Made by a program: the position numbers and the translations under genes
Source: Eledone cirrhosa
Lineage: Eukaryota
Assembly: GCA_964016885.1 (NCBI GenBank)
Contig: OZ024743.1
Coordinates: 71,920,001 to 71,984,000 of the forward strand
Length of the DNA stretch: 64,000 nucleotides
Direction: 5' to 3'
Shown: one piece after another, positions 27,429-40,900 of the stretch
Layout: every line of letters starts with the position of its first letter
Position numbering within the stretch: the first letter of the stretch is position 1
Notes under the pieces: generated by a model
Told to the model about the DNA's origin: nothing
The model's input: only the letters and a program-made list of their open reading frames with translations
The model's database searches: none

Positions 27429-28085
27429 ACAATGGCTGCAACATCCTTATTTCCCCATTTGCCGAACAAGATAGGGGAAACCCCAGCTAACATAGGTAGA
27501 TGTCCTTCTTTTCTTTTCCTTTTTCTGTTCTTCTTCGCTTTATCTCTTCCTATCAGTTCCTTCCACTCTCTCTCCTCTTCCTTTTCCTTTTTCCTCTTTC
27601 GACTACCCCGAATCAGCGCATCGGGCTTTTGTAGCCTCAGTACCCCCACCCCAGTAAATTATATATAGTATTGGTCGAAAACACAATACCACCTAAATAT
27701 AGCAGCTGCTTTAGACTCTAGAGATTTTTTAAATTACTTTTTTAGAAAACTTTTTACTATTTAATTTTATTATTTTTATATTTTTTTATTTATTTATTAT
27801 CTTTTAATCGCAATTTATTAACCTATTCTATAACGTCCCACTCTCTAATTCGTCCAGAATCCATTTTCGCCTGCTTCCTACTAGCCTAATTTCATACACA
27901 CTCCTTAGAGTTTTCTGTATAGAATCCCCTTTCAACGCTTGACCGGCTCCTCCCACTGCCTCATTGTTCTACAGGCAAGTTCAGCCACCACCACTTCCCA
28001 CCCATTGCCATGAAAGTTTTAATTGTGTTTACAAGAAATGTTGACCAATCCTTTTGACAACTACAATCTTCCGATATGAGGAATT

Positions 28086-28180
28086 ACCCCTGGAAAAGTT
28101 CGGCTATTTATTACCACGCTAAAAATTGTAATTTAGTCCAGAAATAGCCGTCGAACGGGCTTCAGCTCTGCCGTCGGGGT
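28086..28180 (+). ncRNA. Mutated second copy of the same HHR in the 3' pLTR
   Basis: ACCCC-TGGAAAA...CGGCTATTT/AAATAGCCG...GAACGGGC...GCCGTC-GGGGT. Confidence 0.65.
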
Positions 28181-28190
28181 TAAACATTTT

Positions 28191-28253
<63 letters not shown>

Positions 28254-28257
<4 letters not shown>

Positions 28258-28845
28258 GGAAAAAAATGAAACGAAATTTCATTTCTCACTCTTAGTACGG
28301 CTGTTACTTAAATATAAGTATGTATACGTACATACATATATGTATACAGACGTACAGTAATATGTATATATATATATATATACATACATGCACACATATA
28401 TATATATGTACGTATGGATTCACCGAACATTTATTATAATGCTCGGTGTGTTTGTAAACAAACATCCCAAATTAAGCCGTACAGTGTCTAGCAACCATCG
28501 TTGCTAATTTATTCAACACTGACAAAGGAACGCTGTGCTAGTTTCAAGCTTATTAGCTATCCTCAGCAACGTATACCTTCCTGCCAGATGGTTGAACGTC
28601 TGAAAGTATATACTTTCCTTATGAATATTAACGGCTGAGCAGCCTAATTTGCATATCGAGTGAGTTAATCGGCCGGGGTACCGAAAACGATAAACGGAAA
28701 AAATGAAACTAAATTTCATTTCTCACTCTTAGTACGGCTGTTACTTAAGTATAAGTATGTATACGTACATACATATATGTATACAGACGTACAGTAGTAT
28801 GTATATATATACATACATGCACACATATATATATCTACGTACTTA
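28254..28845 (-). mobile_element. HHR repeat family A: ~438-bp unit in partial tandem (retrozyme/pLTR-like)
   Basis: The unit start recurs at 28254 and 28692; HHR at 28531-28571 (U16.1 mutated); octamer at 28647-28654. Confidence 0.85.
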
Positions 28846-28967
28846 TATATATAAGGGCGGTGCCCCAGCATGGCCTCAGCCGGATGGCTGAAACAGGTAA
28901 AAGAGTATATATATATAAACAATAAATATGGTATTATAAAAGATATTTTCCATTTATTAATAGTGTT

Positions 28968-29030
<63 letters not shown>

Positions 29031-29241
29031 TTATATACAATTTATATAATATATATGTGGGCGGTGGGGTGTAGCTAAACTGAAATCGAAGCGTATTATT
29101 GAATCATTTGGGCTTTGCATTAAACATGTTTAGAATGCAAATTATTTGGGGGTATAACAGAATACTTAGAAAACAATAACAACAGCAACTAAATATATAT
29201 ATATATATATATATTTGGAAACTCTGCTTCGTAGAATCGAG

Positions 29242-29334
29242 ACATATCTGACGACCTTGCGATTTCAGACTCAGGTTCGATCATTACATTGATCGTGTCT
29301 CGAACTGGTCACCAGAGACACGATTGTAATATGT
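29242..29334 (+). ncRNA. Degenerate HHR-like fold with a long stem III
   Basis: ACATAT-CTGACGA-CCT..AGG...ATCGTGTCTC/GAGACACGAT-TGTA-ATATGT; the GAAA core strand is not intact. Confidence 0.45.
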
Positions 29335-29458
29335 TTAATGAATTTTATTCGACGCAACTCTGATTCTCCGTTTCTTATGTGATATCATACTCTGCTCTGT
29401 AAGAGCATCGTGTGCTCAAACGGCCTACCTCTTACGGACGCTTTAAGCATCCCACACC

Positions 29459-29548
<90 letters not shown>

Positions 29549-29884
29549 TGTGAAGTTAGAAATAGCACGGAAAATATATCTAAGGGTCTGTTTTTCTTTT
29601 TTGAATCGTCAAAGTGACATTATTTAAAAGATAACATTATTGAAAAAACGAGAGGGACAATTCTTTAAAAAAAAGTTCTATAAATTATATGAAGAATTAC
29701 CGGTTTCGATGTATTATTAAAACCCATCTTATCCAATGTTGAGTATTGAAATAAAAATAAAAAATAAGTAATAGGAGTTAAAAAGTATGGATTTAGATTC
29801 AAAGTAAGGATTTAGAATCAAATGTTAGGAGTAAAACTTTTCTTCCATTCTCTTGCTCATAATTTGGTGGTAAGATCTTACCAC

Positions 29885-30368
29885 CAAATAGACCAAAAAA
29901 AAATAGATGCAAATAGACCTGATATAATACTGAAGGACTTTGAAAAGAGGGAATGCCTGCTAATTGAGATGTCCGTTCCTAATGACAAGAATGTATCTAT
30001 CAAAACATTTGAAAAATTGAGCAAGTATAAACACCTGGAGATAGAAATTGGAAAAATATGGAAGTTGAGAACTAAAATAATATCAGTGATTTTAGACGCT
30101 CTAGGAACGATACCATAGGGGTCTAAATACCAGGAAACCAACGTATAGAAGAAACACAAAAGATAGCACTAATGGGAACTGCACATATACTAAGGAAGAT
30201 TCTGTCAATATAAATACATCACAGGTCTAAACACCTAAATATACATGTATGTGGGTATGTGTCCTTTCTTGAACATGGCGGATCTTGTTGTCTGTTGAGG
30301 TCACTGGTTGTGACCTGGTGATAACTCGTATGAACATAAAGCAAGATAAATGAAAAAATAATAATAGT
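29885..30368 (+). mobile_element. 3' fragment of R4/Dong-like LINE subfamily B (RLE + 3' UTR)
   Basis: DANRPDIILKDF...EKLSKYK; the 3' UTR matches 18010-18160. Confidence 0.9.
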
Positions 30369-30574
30369 AAAATCCATAATGTAGATTGGAGATTAAACGA
30401 ACTACACATTTTTTCTTATGTTAACATTGTTTTCGAAGATTTAAAATTGGCTCTAGATGTATTATTCTTATGTATAGAGGTTCATGTATTTCAAAGTCTG
30501 TATGCAAGCATAATATAGCGGCAAAAGTATATAAACTCATACATCATTCAGTTTACACACAGACATACAGTCAT

Positions 30575-31800
<1,226 letters not shown>

Positions 31801-33198
31801 AACCAAATGCACATGTACCAGTATATATAATATAATAGATACGCCAATAACATATACAAGCAATTATACGTACGAGAAAGTATACGTCCTTCACAAAACA
31901 TAGAGGTAAAATATACTTACCTATACGAATAAGTAATGGTATAAACATAAAATATACTTAGCTATCACACCAAGGCGTAAAATATCGGTGTATAGTTCGT
32001 ACTATCCGTTAAGGTATAATGTGGCGCTGTAATACATGAACGTTTTGTGCAATTTATGTTTACAAGCCGAAATTGCCTCAGACTTTTTGTTTAAGATGTG
32101 GTTTTTGGCGTAGAGTATTTCCAGGGCCTCAGTGGCGCAGAGGTCACATGGTCACTTATTTCCATTATACGATCTAGCCCTAGCTAGGATCTCCCAGAGT
32201 AACTTTAATTGGGTGTGGTTGTCTTTTAGACTCCAGATATAAGCTGAAAGTGACGTCATATTCCTTCTTAAAGGGTTAAGAAAAGAATGGGTATGCATGT
32301 AAAGACGCTGCTTGAATCTATTGGCGGTTAACTTTATGTAGGCCCTACGGGACGTGCGTGTTTCAACCTTACATTTGTAGACAATGTTACTAGTAAGACA
32401 TTTCCCGGATAGAGGGCTGTCAACCCGATTCCTACAATTACAGTTAGTACTAGCTACAGGGTTGCACGTGTTCCCTTAGCTAGGTAATTTAGCTAAATTT
32501 GAAGCTGTGATGTTATGTGCAAGGTTAGGAGTCATGTTCTGACATATATACGTAGCTTGTGAATAACATATTCATGGGGTTTCATTGGTCGTGGTGATCC
32601 ATCCCAAACATGCGTTGTAATGTATCGTCTTATTGGCTAATTTCATCGTCTTATTGGCAAATCAACCAATGAGATTAATTGTTGCTCAAAAGCATCCACC
32701 ACTTTGTTTGAACGTTTATTCATCGTTTCGCTTTCGAATCTTCCTCCTGTATTTCGTCGTTTATCATCAACATATTTTTCTCGTTTTGGTAAGTTATATT
32801 GTTAATTTATATATGATATATAAAATTTATATTTACTATTTTTTTTCCAGTTCGTTATGACATGCTTATAATATTGGTTGTATCATATTTACTTGTTTAT
32901 TTGTCCATATTATTGTTCACTTTATGTTAGATTATTTTATTATTAGACTATTTGTATGTAATATTTAATTTTTATTAATTCAACTATAACAATTAATATA
33001 TTTATTTAATATTGATTGTTTTTTGTAGTTGTTTATATTAAAAGTCTGAAAATGTTTTTATACATCTTACATAACTATTTATAAGATCATTTATAAAATA
33101 ACAATTATATAATATAATTACATTACAACGATAATTTATTACTAATATATATCATGTTTAACTAGATTTATTACAAGCGTTGCCTTAAAAAATATTAA

Positions 33199-33637
33199 AC
33201 TAGACCTGAAAAATGCGCAAGCTCAAAAGAGCTACAGAATGTTATAATAAATCTTCAAAAGTGTGGGACTAGAGTTGTTGCTCAAAAATATTGTAATTAT
33301 TATCTATCGTACACTCTGTGGCACCCTTTTATATAAAAGAGACTCATAACGAACTCAAGACAACACGATAATTATTTAAGTGAATTTATAATATAGAATT
33401 CGGTTTAAGTGCATTTCGTATTAATCATTACTAAACATCTAATATGAGATATTGAACATTAGCTTAAATAATTATCGTGTCATCTTGAGTTCGTTATGAG
33501 TCTCTTTTTTATAAAAGGATGCCACAGAGTGTACGATAGATAATGAATATTTTTGAGCAACAACTCTAGTCCCACACTTTTGAAGGTTAATTATAACATT
33601 CTGTGGCTCTTTTGAGCTTGCGCATTTTTCAGGTCTA

Positions 33638-33639
<2 letters not shown>
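33199..33639. repeat. Fold-back element with ~180-bp arms (33199-33380 / 33463-33639), ending at (TA)n
   Basis: The arms are near reverse complements. Confidence 0.88.
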
Positions 33640-33711
<72 letters not shown>

Positions 33712-33715
<4 letters not shown>

Positions 33716-34064
33716 GGAATAGAATGAAACGAAATTTCATTTCCCACTCTTAGTACGGCAGTTACAGCCGTTAATATGCATAAGGAAAGTATATACTTTC
33801 AGACGTTCAACCACCTGGTAGGAAGGTATACGATGCTGACGATAGCTAATAAGCTTGAAACTAGTACACCGTTCCTGTGTCAGTGTTGAACAAAAAGGTG
33901 ACGTGGTTGCCTAAACAATGTACGGCGTAATTTGTTTACAAACAAACCGAGCATTATAATAAATGTTCGGTAAACCGATACGTGCATATATAAATGTGTG
34001 CATGTATGTATATATATACATACTACTGTACGTCTGTATACATATATGCATGTACGTATACATA

Positions 34065-34068
<4 letters not shown>
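33712..34068 (+). mobile_element. HHR repeat family A copy with a 5' inverted tail
   Basis: 33712-33764 is inverted, then a forward unit with HHR at 33831-33871 (CTGACGA-TAGCTAATAAGCTT-GAAA-CTAG-TA). Confidence 0.85.
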
Positions 34069-34130
<62 letters not shown>

Positions 34131-34135
<5 letters not shown>

Positions 34136-34287
34136 CGGCGATGAATTAGTTTTGCGAGGTTTTTTATATGAAATCGTGTGTCGAAACAAATATTGTTATA
34201 CTTGGGGAGGGTCATATTTGTGTAATATTCTGTTATTAATTCTGGCAATATTACATAAATATGATCCTCCCCAAGTATAACAATATA
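34131..34287. repeat. Mini fold-back element (40-bp arms) with left extension, in (TA)n
   Basis: 34190-34229 is the near reverse complement of 34247-34287. Confidence 0.85.
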
Positions 34288-34530
34288 TATACACAAATAT
34301 ATATATATACACAAATATATAGATATATCTTTAATGTTTATATGGTAAGGATTAGCATTAATGTAGAATTAAAAATAACAAAAAAGTGTAATATTAAGGA
34401 ATATAAATCAGTGATAGAGATAAGAAGGTAAGCATGTAAGAAATGGAGAAAGTACATCCATTAGTATACTTGGAACGGAATGAATTCTCAACCTTTGATT
34501 TTAAAGAAAAGGTCACCAAAGAATAAGATT

Positions 34531-34569
<39 letters not shown>

Positions 34570-35441
34570 GAAAGGTATAGAAAATATTGTAGCAAAAAGC
34601 CAACAGTAATCCATAATATATAAGTGACTATAGCGTCAAAATGGGAAAAATAGTTAATGTAAGATGTGGGAAAAATACTTCAACTCCAACTCAAAAAGAA
34701 TCAGGATATAGATTCATCCAACAGAATTTAGTGAAATCCAGGGAAAAATCAATAGAGACTTGACTAATGATAAAATAAAGTTTAAAATAGTCATCCTTCA
34801 ATTTGGAAAAACTACAAATGCTCTGTATAGTCTTGAAGACTATTTCACGAACACTTTCAGTGGAGATGGTCACGGTTGGAATTCGACCCTCAGCAGAGCT
34901 CAACTCGATAGCAAAAATTTCTCACTGATTAATATGCCGAAAAGGGAATTAAAAGCAGGCTAGTTCACCATCATGCGTGAGTATGAAAATAAAACGCACA
35001 TGTGGAAAGACAGGGCTGGTGACATCAGAATGAGACGAATGTTTGTTTACAATAAACAACAGTCAAAAACATTCCGAAAAAAACTCTACAATAAGGAGTT
35101 CAGCAAATAGCAATATTATCGCGGTTTTTTTAATGAAAAAATACCGGGATTAGTCACAAATAATTTAAGCACTCTAGGAAAGAAATCCGAGTATAAATAT
35201 ATAAATGAAAGGTATAGAAAATATTATAATATATATATATATATAATATATAATATATATGTATATATATATATATCTTAGAAAGTGAGGTTTTTTTACA
35301 AATGAAAAATAACCGGTGTCCTACACCGGTTATTTGTCACGTGAATGAACAAGTTCATTAAATTTCGCGCCCCTATTTCGGAATATTTGTTTTATAGCCT
35401 TTTAGAGAATGTTATGACAATAAAAAAGTGGCTCACGAAGG

Positions 35442-35487
<46 letters not shown>

Positions 35488-35529
35488 AACGAACACAAGA
35501 GCGTCTACAACATCAACAGATTTTTATTG

Positions 35530-35574
35530 GCTTACAATGTTTCTTCCTTACGTAACCGTAGGATTCGTCAGAGC
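35530..35574 (-). ncRNA. Minimal type I HHR
   Basis: GCT-CTGACGA-ATCCTACGGTTACGTAAGGAA-GAAAC-ATT-GTA-AGC, followed by AATAAA. Confidence 0.82.
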
Positions 35575-36314
35575 TATAAAAGGGGTTTGATTAGTTGAGA
35601 GAATATAAGATGATAATAGTTATGTCAAGTTTATACATCTTAATAATAATAATAATTTATTATTATTAAGATGTATAAACTTGACATAACTATTATCATC
35701 TTATATTCTCTCAACTAATCACTTTTGATTATATTTCTCTATCCCGTTTTCTCCCCCCATATTTATAATATTTTTATTTGAAAAAATCAGTTTTTTTACA
35801 TTGTGTTTTTCCCCATCTAATACTTGCTTAGATTTCTTTATATATTCTCTATATATTTTATATATATATATTTTTTTATCTTTATTCTTATTTTAACTTT
35901 TATCCTCCTTTATATTTTACCTTATTCTTACTTTTATACCTTCTTATAGTATCATCTTCCCCATGCCTTATTATACATTATTAATTATAGATTATTATTA
36001 TTACTCTTTTTCCATTTCTAATTACCTCATGTACTTTCCCCTCCGTTATATATATATATTGTATGCCCTTTGTGTGTGTGTAGCCTCTGCACACCCTCTG
36101 CACCCTACTATCGACACCACCCCATCTATGGCTCAACTAACCACTCGACTCCCGGGAATGAATATGACCACAGCTAGTAAACAAGGACCCACCCCCCACC
36201 CCCCGCACCAAAATTAAACTTATCGTCCCCTGCTTTTGCCCTTTACTCTATTTACTCTTTGTTCTTGAATATTTGGTTGGTAGAGTCCATAACACCAATC
36301 AAACCCCTTTTATA

Positions 36315-36359
36315 GCTCTGACGAATCCTAAGGTTACGTAAGGAAGAAACATTGTAAGC
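36315..36359 (+). ncRNA. Minimal type I HHR
   Basis: GCT-CTGACGA-ATCCTAAGGTTACGTAAGGAA-GAAAC-ATT-GTA-AGC-CAATAAA. Confidence 0.82.
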
Positions 36360-36501
36360 CAATAAAAATATTTTGTTGTTGTAGACGCTCTTGTGTTCTT
36401 TATCATATATACGGCTCTGCTCCAAAGCATAGAGCTAATTATCATGCTGCCAATACCTTAATGGGACACGGGTATACAATACTTAACTCCTATTAACATG
36501 A

Positions 36502-36583
<82 letters not shown>

Positions 36584-36588
<5 letters not shown>

Positions 36589-37030
36589 GGTATCCACAGT
36601 AAGTTGTGGGGTTCATTCTGCATGAAGAACTCGATGTAATCCATATTTTGAAAATGTTGTAGGTTAAGATAAATCTCGGAAAACAATAAAACATTAAAAG
36701 GAAAACAGAGTCATGATATAAGTTAAAACAATGAAATAAAAAATCAAGTCATTAGAGATATACTTCACTGATTTACGATCGTTTCTAAATGATGATAATA
36801 CATTGTAATTATACTCCGTTATTGATCTATGTAAGGTTAGTTACATTTCAAAACAGCTGGTGATATGCATGTAAGTAAATATTCTCTTTATCTGATATTT
36901 TGTAACTAACCTTACATAGATCAATAACGGAGTATAGCTACAATGTATTATCATCATCTCGAAACGATCGTAAAGCAGTGAAGTATATCTCTAATGACTT
37001 GATTTTTTATTTCATTGTTTTAACTTATAT
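36584..37030. mobile_element. Fold-back PLE-like element (arms 36716-36845 / 36901-37030) with left extension
   Basis: Each arm carries GAAACGATCGTA (HHR 3' half); the extension is related to 60459-60592. Confidence 0.8.
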
Positions 37031-37949
37031 ATACATATACCTTTATTGCTCAGGTTTACATGATATTTAACCTAATATACGCGTTATTTTAGAATTATAT
37101 ATTTTACAAACGCTGCGTATCACAAGCATATAGATAGACCAAATGTTTTAGTTCTTGCTTAGGGCACAAATCCTCTTTTTTATTGTCTTTACTGCATGGA
37201 GATTGTATAAGATTGACTTGAATATGTTACCTTCTCAGAAGTCATTTGCAACATTATACAAATCTAGTATAATGTTGCAAATTTCGTGGGTCATCAGGAC
37301 GTACAGCAAGGGGCAACCAAAGTACCCTAATAAACATATTATAAGGGTGAAATTTGAAGAACATATTTTCAAGGTTTTAGTTTAAACTTGTAGAGAAAGC
37401 AAGAGAGGGATATCTAAGGAAAATTCTGAGTAACCTTTTGTATTTTACGGGAACACCAAATTGTAAATGATATCTCTTTGTAAATGTTCATGGCATGATA
37501 CAGGATTCCCGAAAAAAAATAGATATATATTGTCGAGAAATTCACTCCGAAACTAAACCCTGGTAGATCTATCTAAAAGAAAGCGAAAGCCAACACGGAA
37601 TCTCTAGTTTAGCTGTTACTTTAAAACTATATATTTTGAAAAAGCCTTTTGAAAGCTAAAAAGTGCTAGATTCAAATAATAAACAATGTTTCATTATTAT
37701 AGTTTTTTATTCGAAAGATAATCAGTGTTTTAATAATTATAACAATGACACTTAACGTTACCCACCTGCAAACTGGGTTACATGGAATCAGAACACACTG
37801 CATGTCTGCAGCAATCTTATTTATCCATGTGTATCCACATGACTTTTCTTCCAATTCATTCATTTATTGAAGCAACACTGTGTTCGTAGGTCTGACGAGC
37901 ATACAATTCATAGCATCACTGTATACTACAACTTCTACTACTAATAATA

Positions 37950-40900
37950 ATGCTTTCTTTATTAACCACAAGGGTTTACACAAAGTAAGACATTAAGGAC
38001 AATAGAGGACAATACAGGACGGTTCAAATGGGCATTTCTGCGTGTAAAAAAAAGCAAGAACAGAGGATGTAACAAAAAAGAAACAATGACAAATTCCCCA
38101 ATAGGGGGGACATCCGAGGTACATTCGTGGAGAAAGCCCATTAAAAAAGCCACGGTGACCCTGACCACCAGGGCATGTACCCTGTCCCAGTTTTCCACCT
38201 TCAATTCACAGGCACATACACAAAGTAGGCCCATTCACACGGGCCATTCTTGCCTCTCTCACCCATCTTTCAACAAAATGCTGGGAAGAGAGCACTTTCC
38301 TCTCTACCCTGATTTTTTTTTCAAATGAAATTTGAAAAAGTTAATCAGGGCATCACCAAAGAGGTAAGTGTTAGTCTTCATCCCTTTCAGACACGTCCAC
38401 CATACTATCTTTTTCGCCATGGCCACCAGCCTGATAAAAACTGCCTTGCCCTTCCCGGCTAAAGGAAGAGGGCGGGGAAATCCTCACGATGGACTCAGCT
38501 GATAGCCGGATCCGTACTACAGGCGGCAGCAGGTGTTCGACATAAACCCATAAGTTAGCAATGATCGGACACTGGACGAGTGCGTGCAGGACGGTTTGGT
38601 CGCCCTGTGCGCATCTCGGACATGCCCGGCTGACGGCACCTGCATGCCTGTGGAGTTTATCCCGAACTGGCAAAGCTCCTCGGTAGCACAGCCAGGTCAG
38701 GGATTTCTGGAACTTGTTCATAGGCCCCGGTCCGAAAGTTCTTCACAAGAGATTGGCTAGTTGATTTTCGTCGGCGTCTAGATTTTCCCCAAGTACGTCA
38801 TCGCTCCTCCCCTCCACTAATCCACTATGCAACGCCAAGCTGGAGTTTCCACCGATCACATTTCCCGACTGGTCGAGGGTTGTGAGCGCCTGAAGACATT
38901 CCAGTCTCCAAACGCTCACTCTCGGTCTTCGCTTGACACAGGACTGCAGCTCCTTCAAGGAGACGAGCTGGGGAAAGACGCGTCTAGCAAACGGCGACCA
39001 CACATGATCAACGTCGAGGAAGAGGTGGAGTTGTCGTAGCTTGAGCACGTGTCTGCGCATCATCAGCCACGGCATGCCGAGCCCTCCACGTAGCGGGTGT
39101 TGCCAACAGATGGACCGCCTGACCATTGTAGCGCGTCCCTTCCATAAAAAGCGAGAGAGCAAACGCTCCAGCGCAGTCAGGCGAGGCTTAGGACAAGCCA
39201 CGACGGTCAGGAGTTAGTAGATCACTTACTCGATGTACGAATTCGCCACCTCCGCTCGACCTTTGAGGGATAGTTTCCTGTCTGCCCATTTATGGGTAAG
39301 AGAAGCCACCCTCTCGTCACCTCGTCCCAGATTTTGTCCGTCTGGAGGTCCGGACCGAACCAAACCTCTAGCAATTTAACCGGTTCGTCCGTCTAGCGTC
39401 CGACGACGCTGTTTGATGGCATGGACCTACCTCTCCACGTGCCGAGCTGCAGGCCCACCGACTTTTCCTGTTGTTCATTGCTCCTGTCACCGCTTCGTAT
39501 TCTCTTAGTGTAGTGCCGATCGCCTCGATGTGTTTGGCTTTCGGCACCACTACGGTGACAACGTCCGCATATGCTGACACGGATCTCTCGCATCCCAGTT
39601 CGTGCGAGACCCTCCTCGAGCTAGGCACTAGTCCATTCTTCGATCCGGCCCACCGCTGCCCCCGAACAGCTGTGCGAAGTGTCGCTGAAAAGATTCACAC
39701 AGTTGCCCGGGATCGAGTAGCATGCGCTGTCGTGGTCCACCAAAGACCGTATCGTGGATTTGTTGCCATAGTGCGCCTCTTCCACTCGGGCCCATTGAAC
39801 GGCTTTCGTCCCCTAGTGTCTGAGCACACACCCTAGCTTCGACAACGCAGCCTACGTGCTTTGCATTGAAGAATTGGTCAAGGGCCAATTTCGCCGCAAG
39901 TACATCGGTAGCGATGCCTTTACTAAGCGCCTCGCCTAATTTTCTAACTATTTCTCCCTCTTCTCTATTTTTCTCTATTGCTAAAGCCTTATTAAACCTA
40001 ATGGACTCTATTCTAATTGCTCTTTTCAGAGTAAACCACCATTTGTTTTTGACGATGGCCCCCGTCAACGCCCGCCTACCTAATTCACTAATCCGGTCTC
40101 TGTAGGCCTTGCGCGCTATTAATGAGCGTTTAGCTTCCAGTAGCCGGGTCCCTGTCTACGAGGCCTATCTAAGTTAACCTCATAGATCACGAATTAGTGG
40201 TCCGTGTAGTCGACTATTTTTAAATGTGGACAGCCTATGCTAGAGCTATCTATTTCCCTACAAAATACCCTATCTAGATATGATCTGGATGACCCGATAC
40301 GGTTTGTCCATGTCCACATTGGCACATTCGGGAAATACAGACGGTAGCTGTCAGACGGTTGATACTATCTGAGCAGGTTTGTGAAGCTTTTATACCTTCC
40401 TCCTCTATCCGCTAATCCCACTCAGTTCCAGCGTGCATCTAAGATCGCGTTCCAGTCGCCCACTATCACTAAAGAGCAGGACGTTCGAAGTAAGGTCTCC
40501 AGACGCCGGAAGAAATCAAGCCACCCTGCTCCTGTCGGGGCATAGACGGTCACAAGCCTGAAAGCTTGCCCTTCTCCGCTGGTCACGTCCAGTACCACCA
40601 ACTTACCTTGTGGGTCCAGGAAGATGGCCCGTATGGCGAGATCCAAACCTCTCCGAAAAAGCACAGCAACTCATCGCCCCGATCCAGGACGGCTGGTAGA
40701 TGTGCACACATCGTAGCCGCCGAAGATCGGTGCGAAGGTTCGTGCTTCGGAGATTCTGGTCTCGCTTATGGCCACCACATCTATGTTTAGTGACCTGAAG
40801 TCGTTGAGCAGCTGGCCCTGCTTCCATGACGACCCCATGCCACGCGTATTTATGCTGCCTATTCTGAGTGAGGTAATGTTGAAAAGGAGTGGAAAAAGAT

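Larger units (their letters stand above)
26541..28195 (+). mobile_element. 5'-truncated Penelope-like element (Hydra-clade-like) with an inverted 5' pLTR, in (TA)n
   Basis: 26619-26832 is the reverse complement of 27982-28195; GIY-YIG remnant between them; ~78-nt extension on the inverted copy. Confidence 0.88.
35480..36503. mobile_element. Fold-back PLE-like element with an HHR in each arm and a central near-loopless palindrome
   Basis: 35480-35592 pairs with 36297-36410; 35589-35720 is a palindrome centred on AAT/ATT; right-side extension to ~36503. Confidence 0.88.

Noticed and set aside
32268-32279. piggyBac-like end AAAGGG-TTAA
   Set aside because: No matching opposite end found nearby.
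34955-35032. HHR-like CTGATGT...GAACTAG on the - strand
   Set aside because: Both core strands deviate and stem I is absent.
37240-37305. CTGATGA-CCCAC-GAAA plus a 16-bp hairpin on the - strand
   Set aside because: No stem II and no cleavage-site nucleotide; at best a broken HHR.
37892-37920. CTGACGA word
   Set aside because: No GAAA or stem I partner; likely chance.
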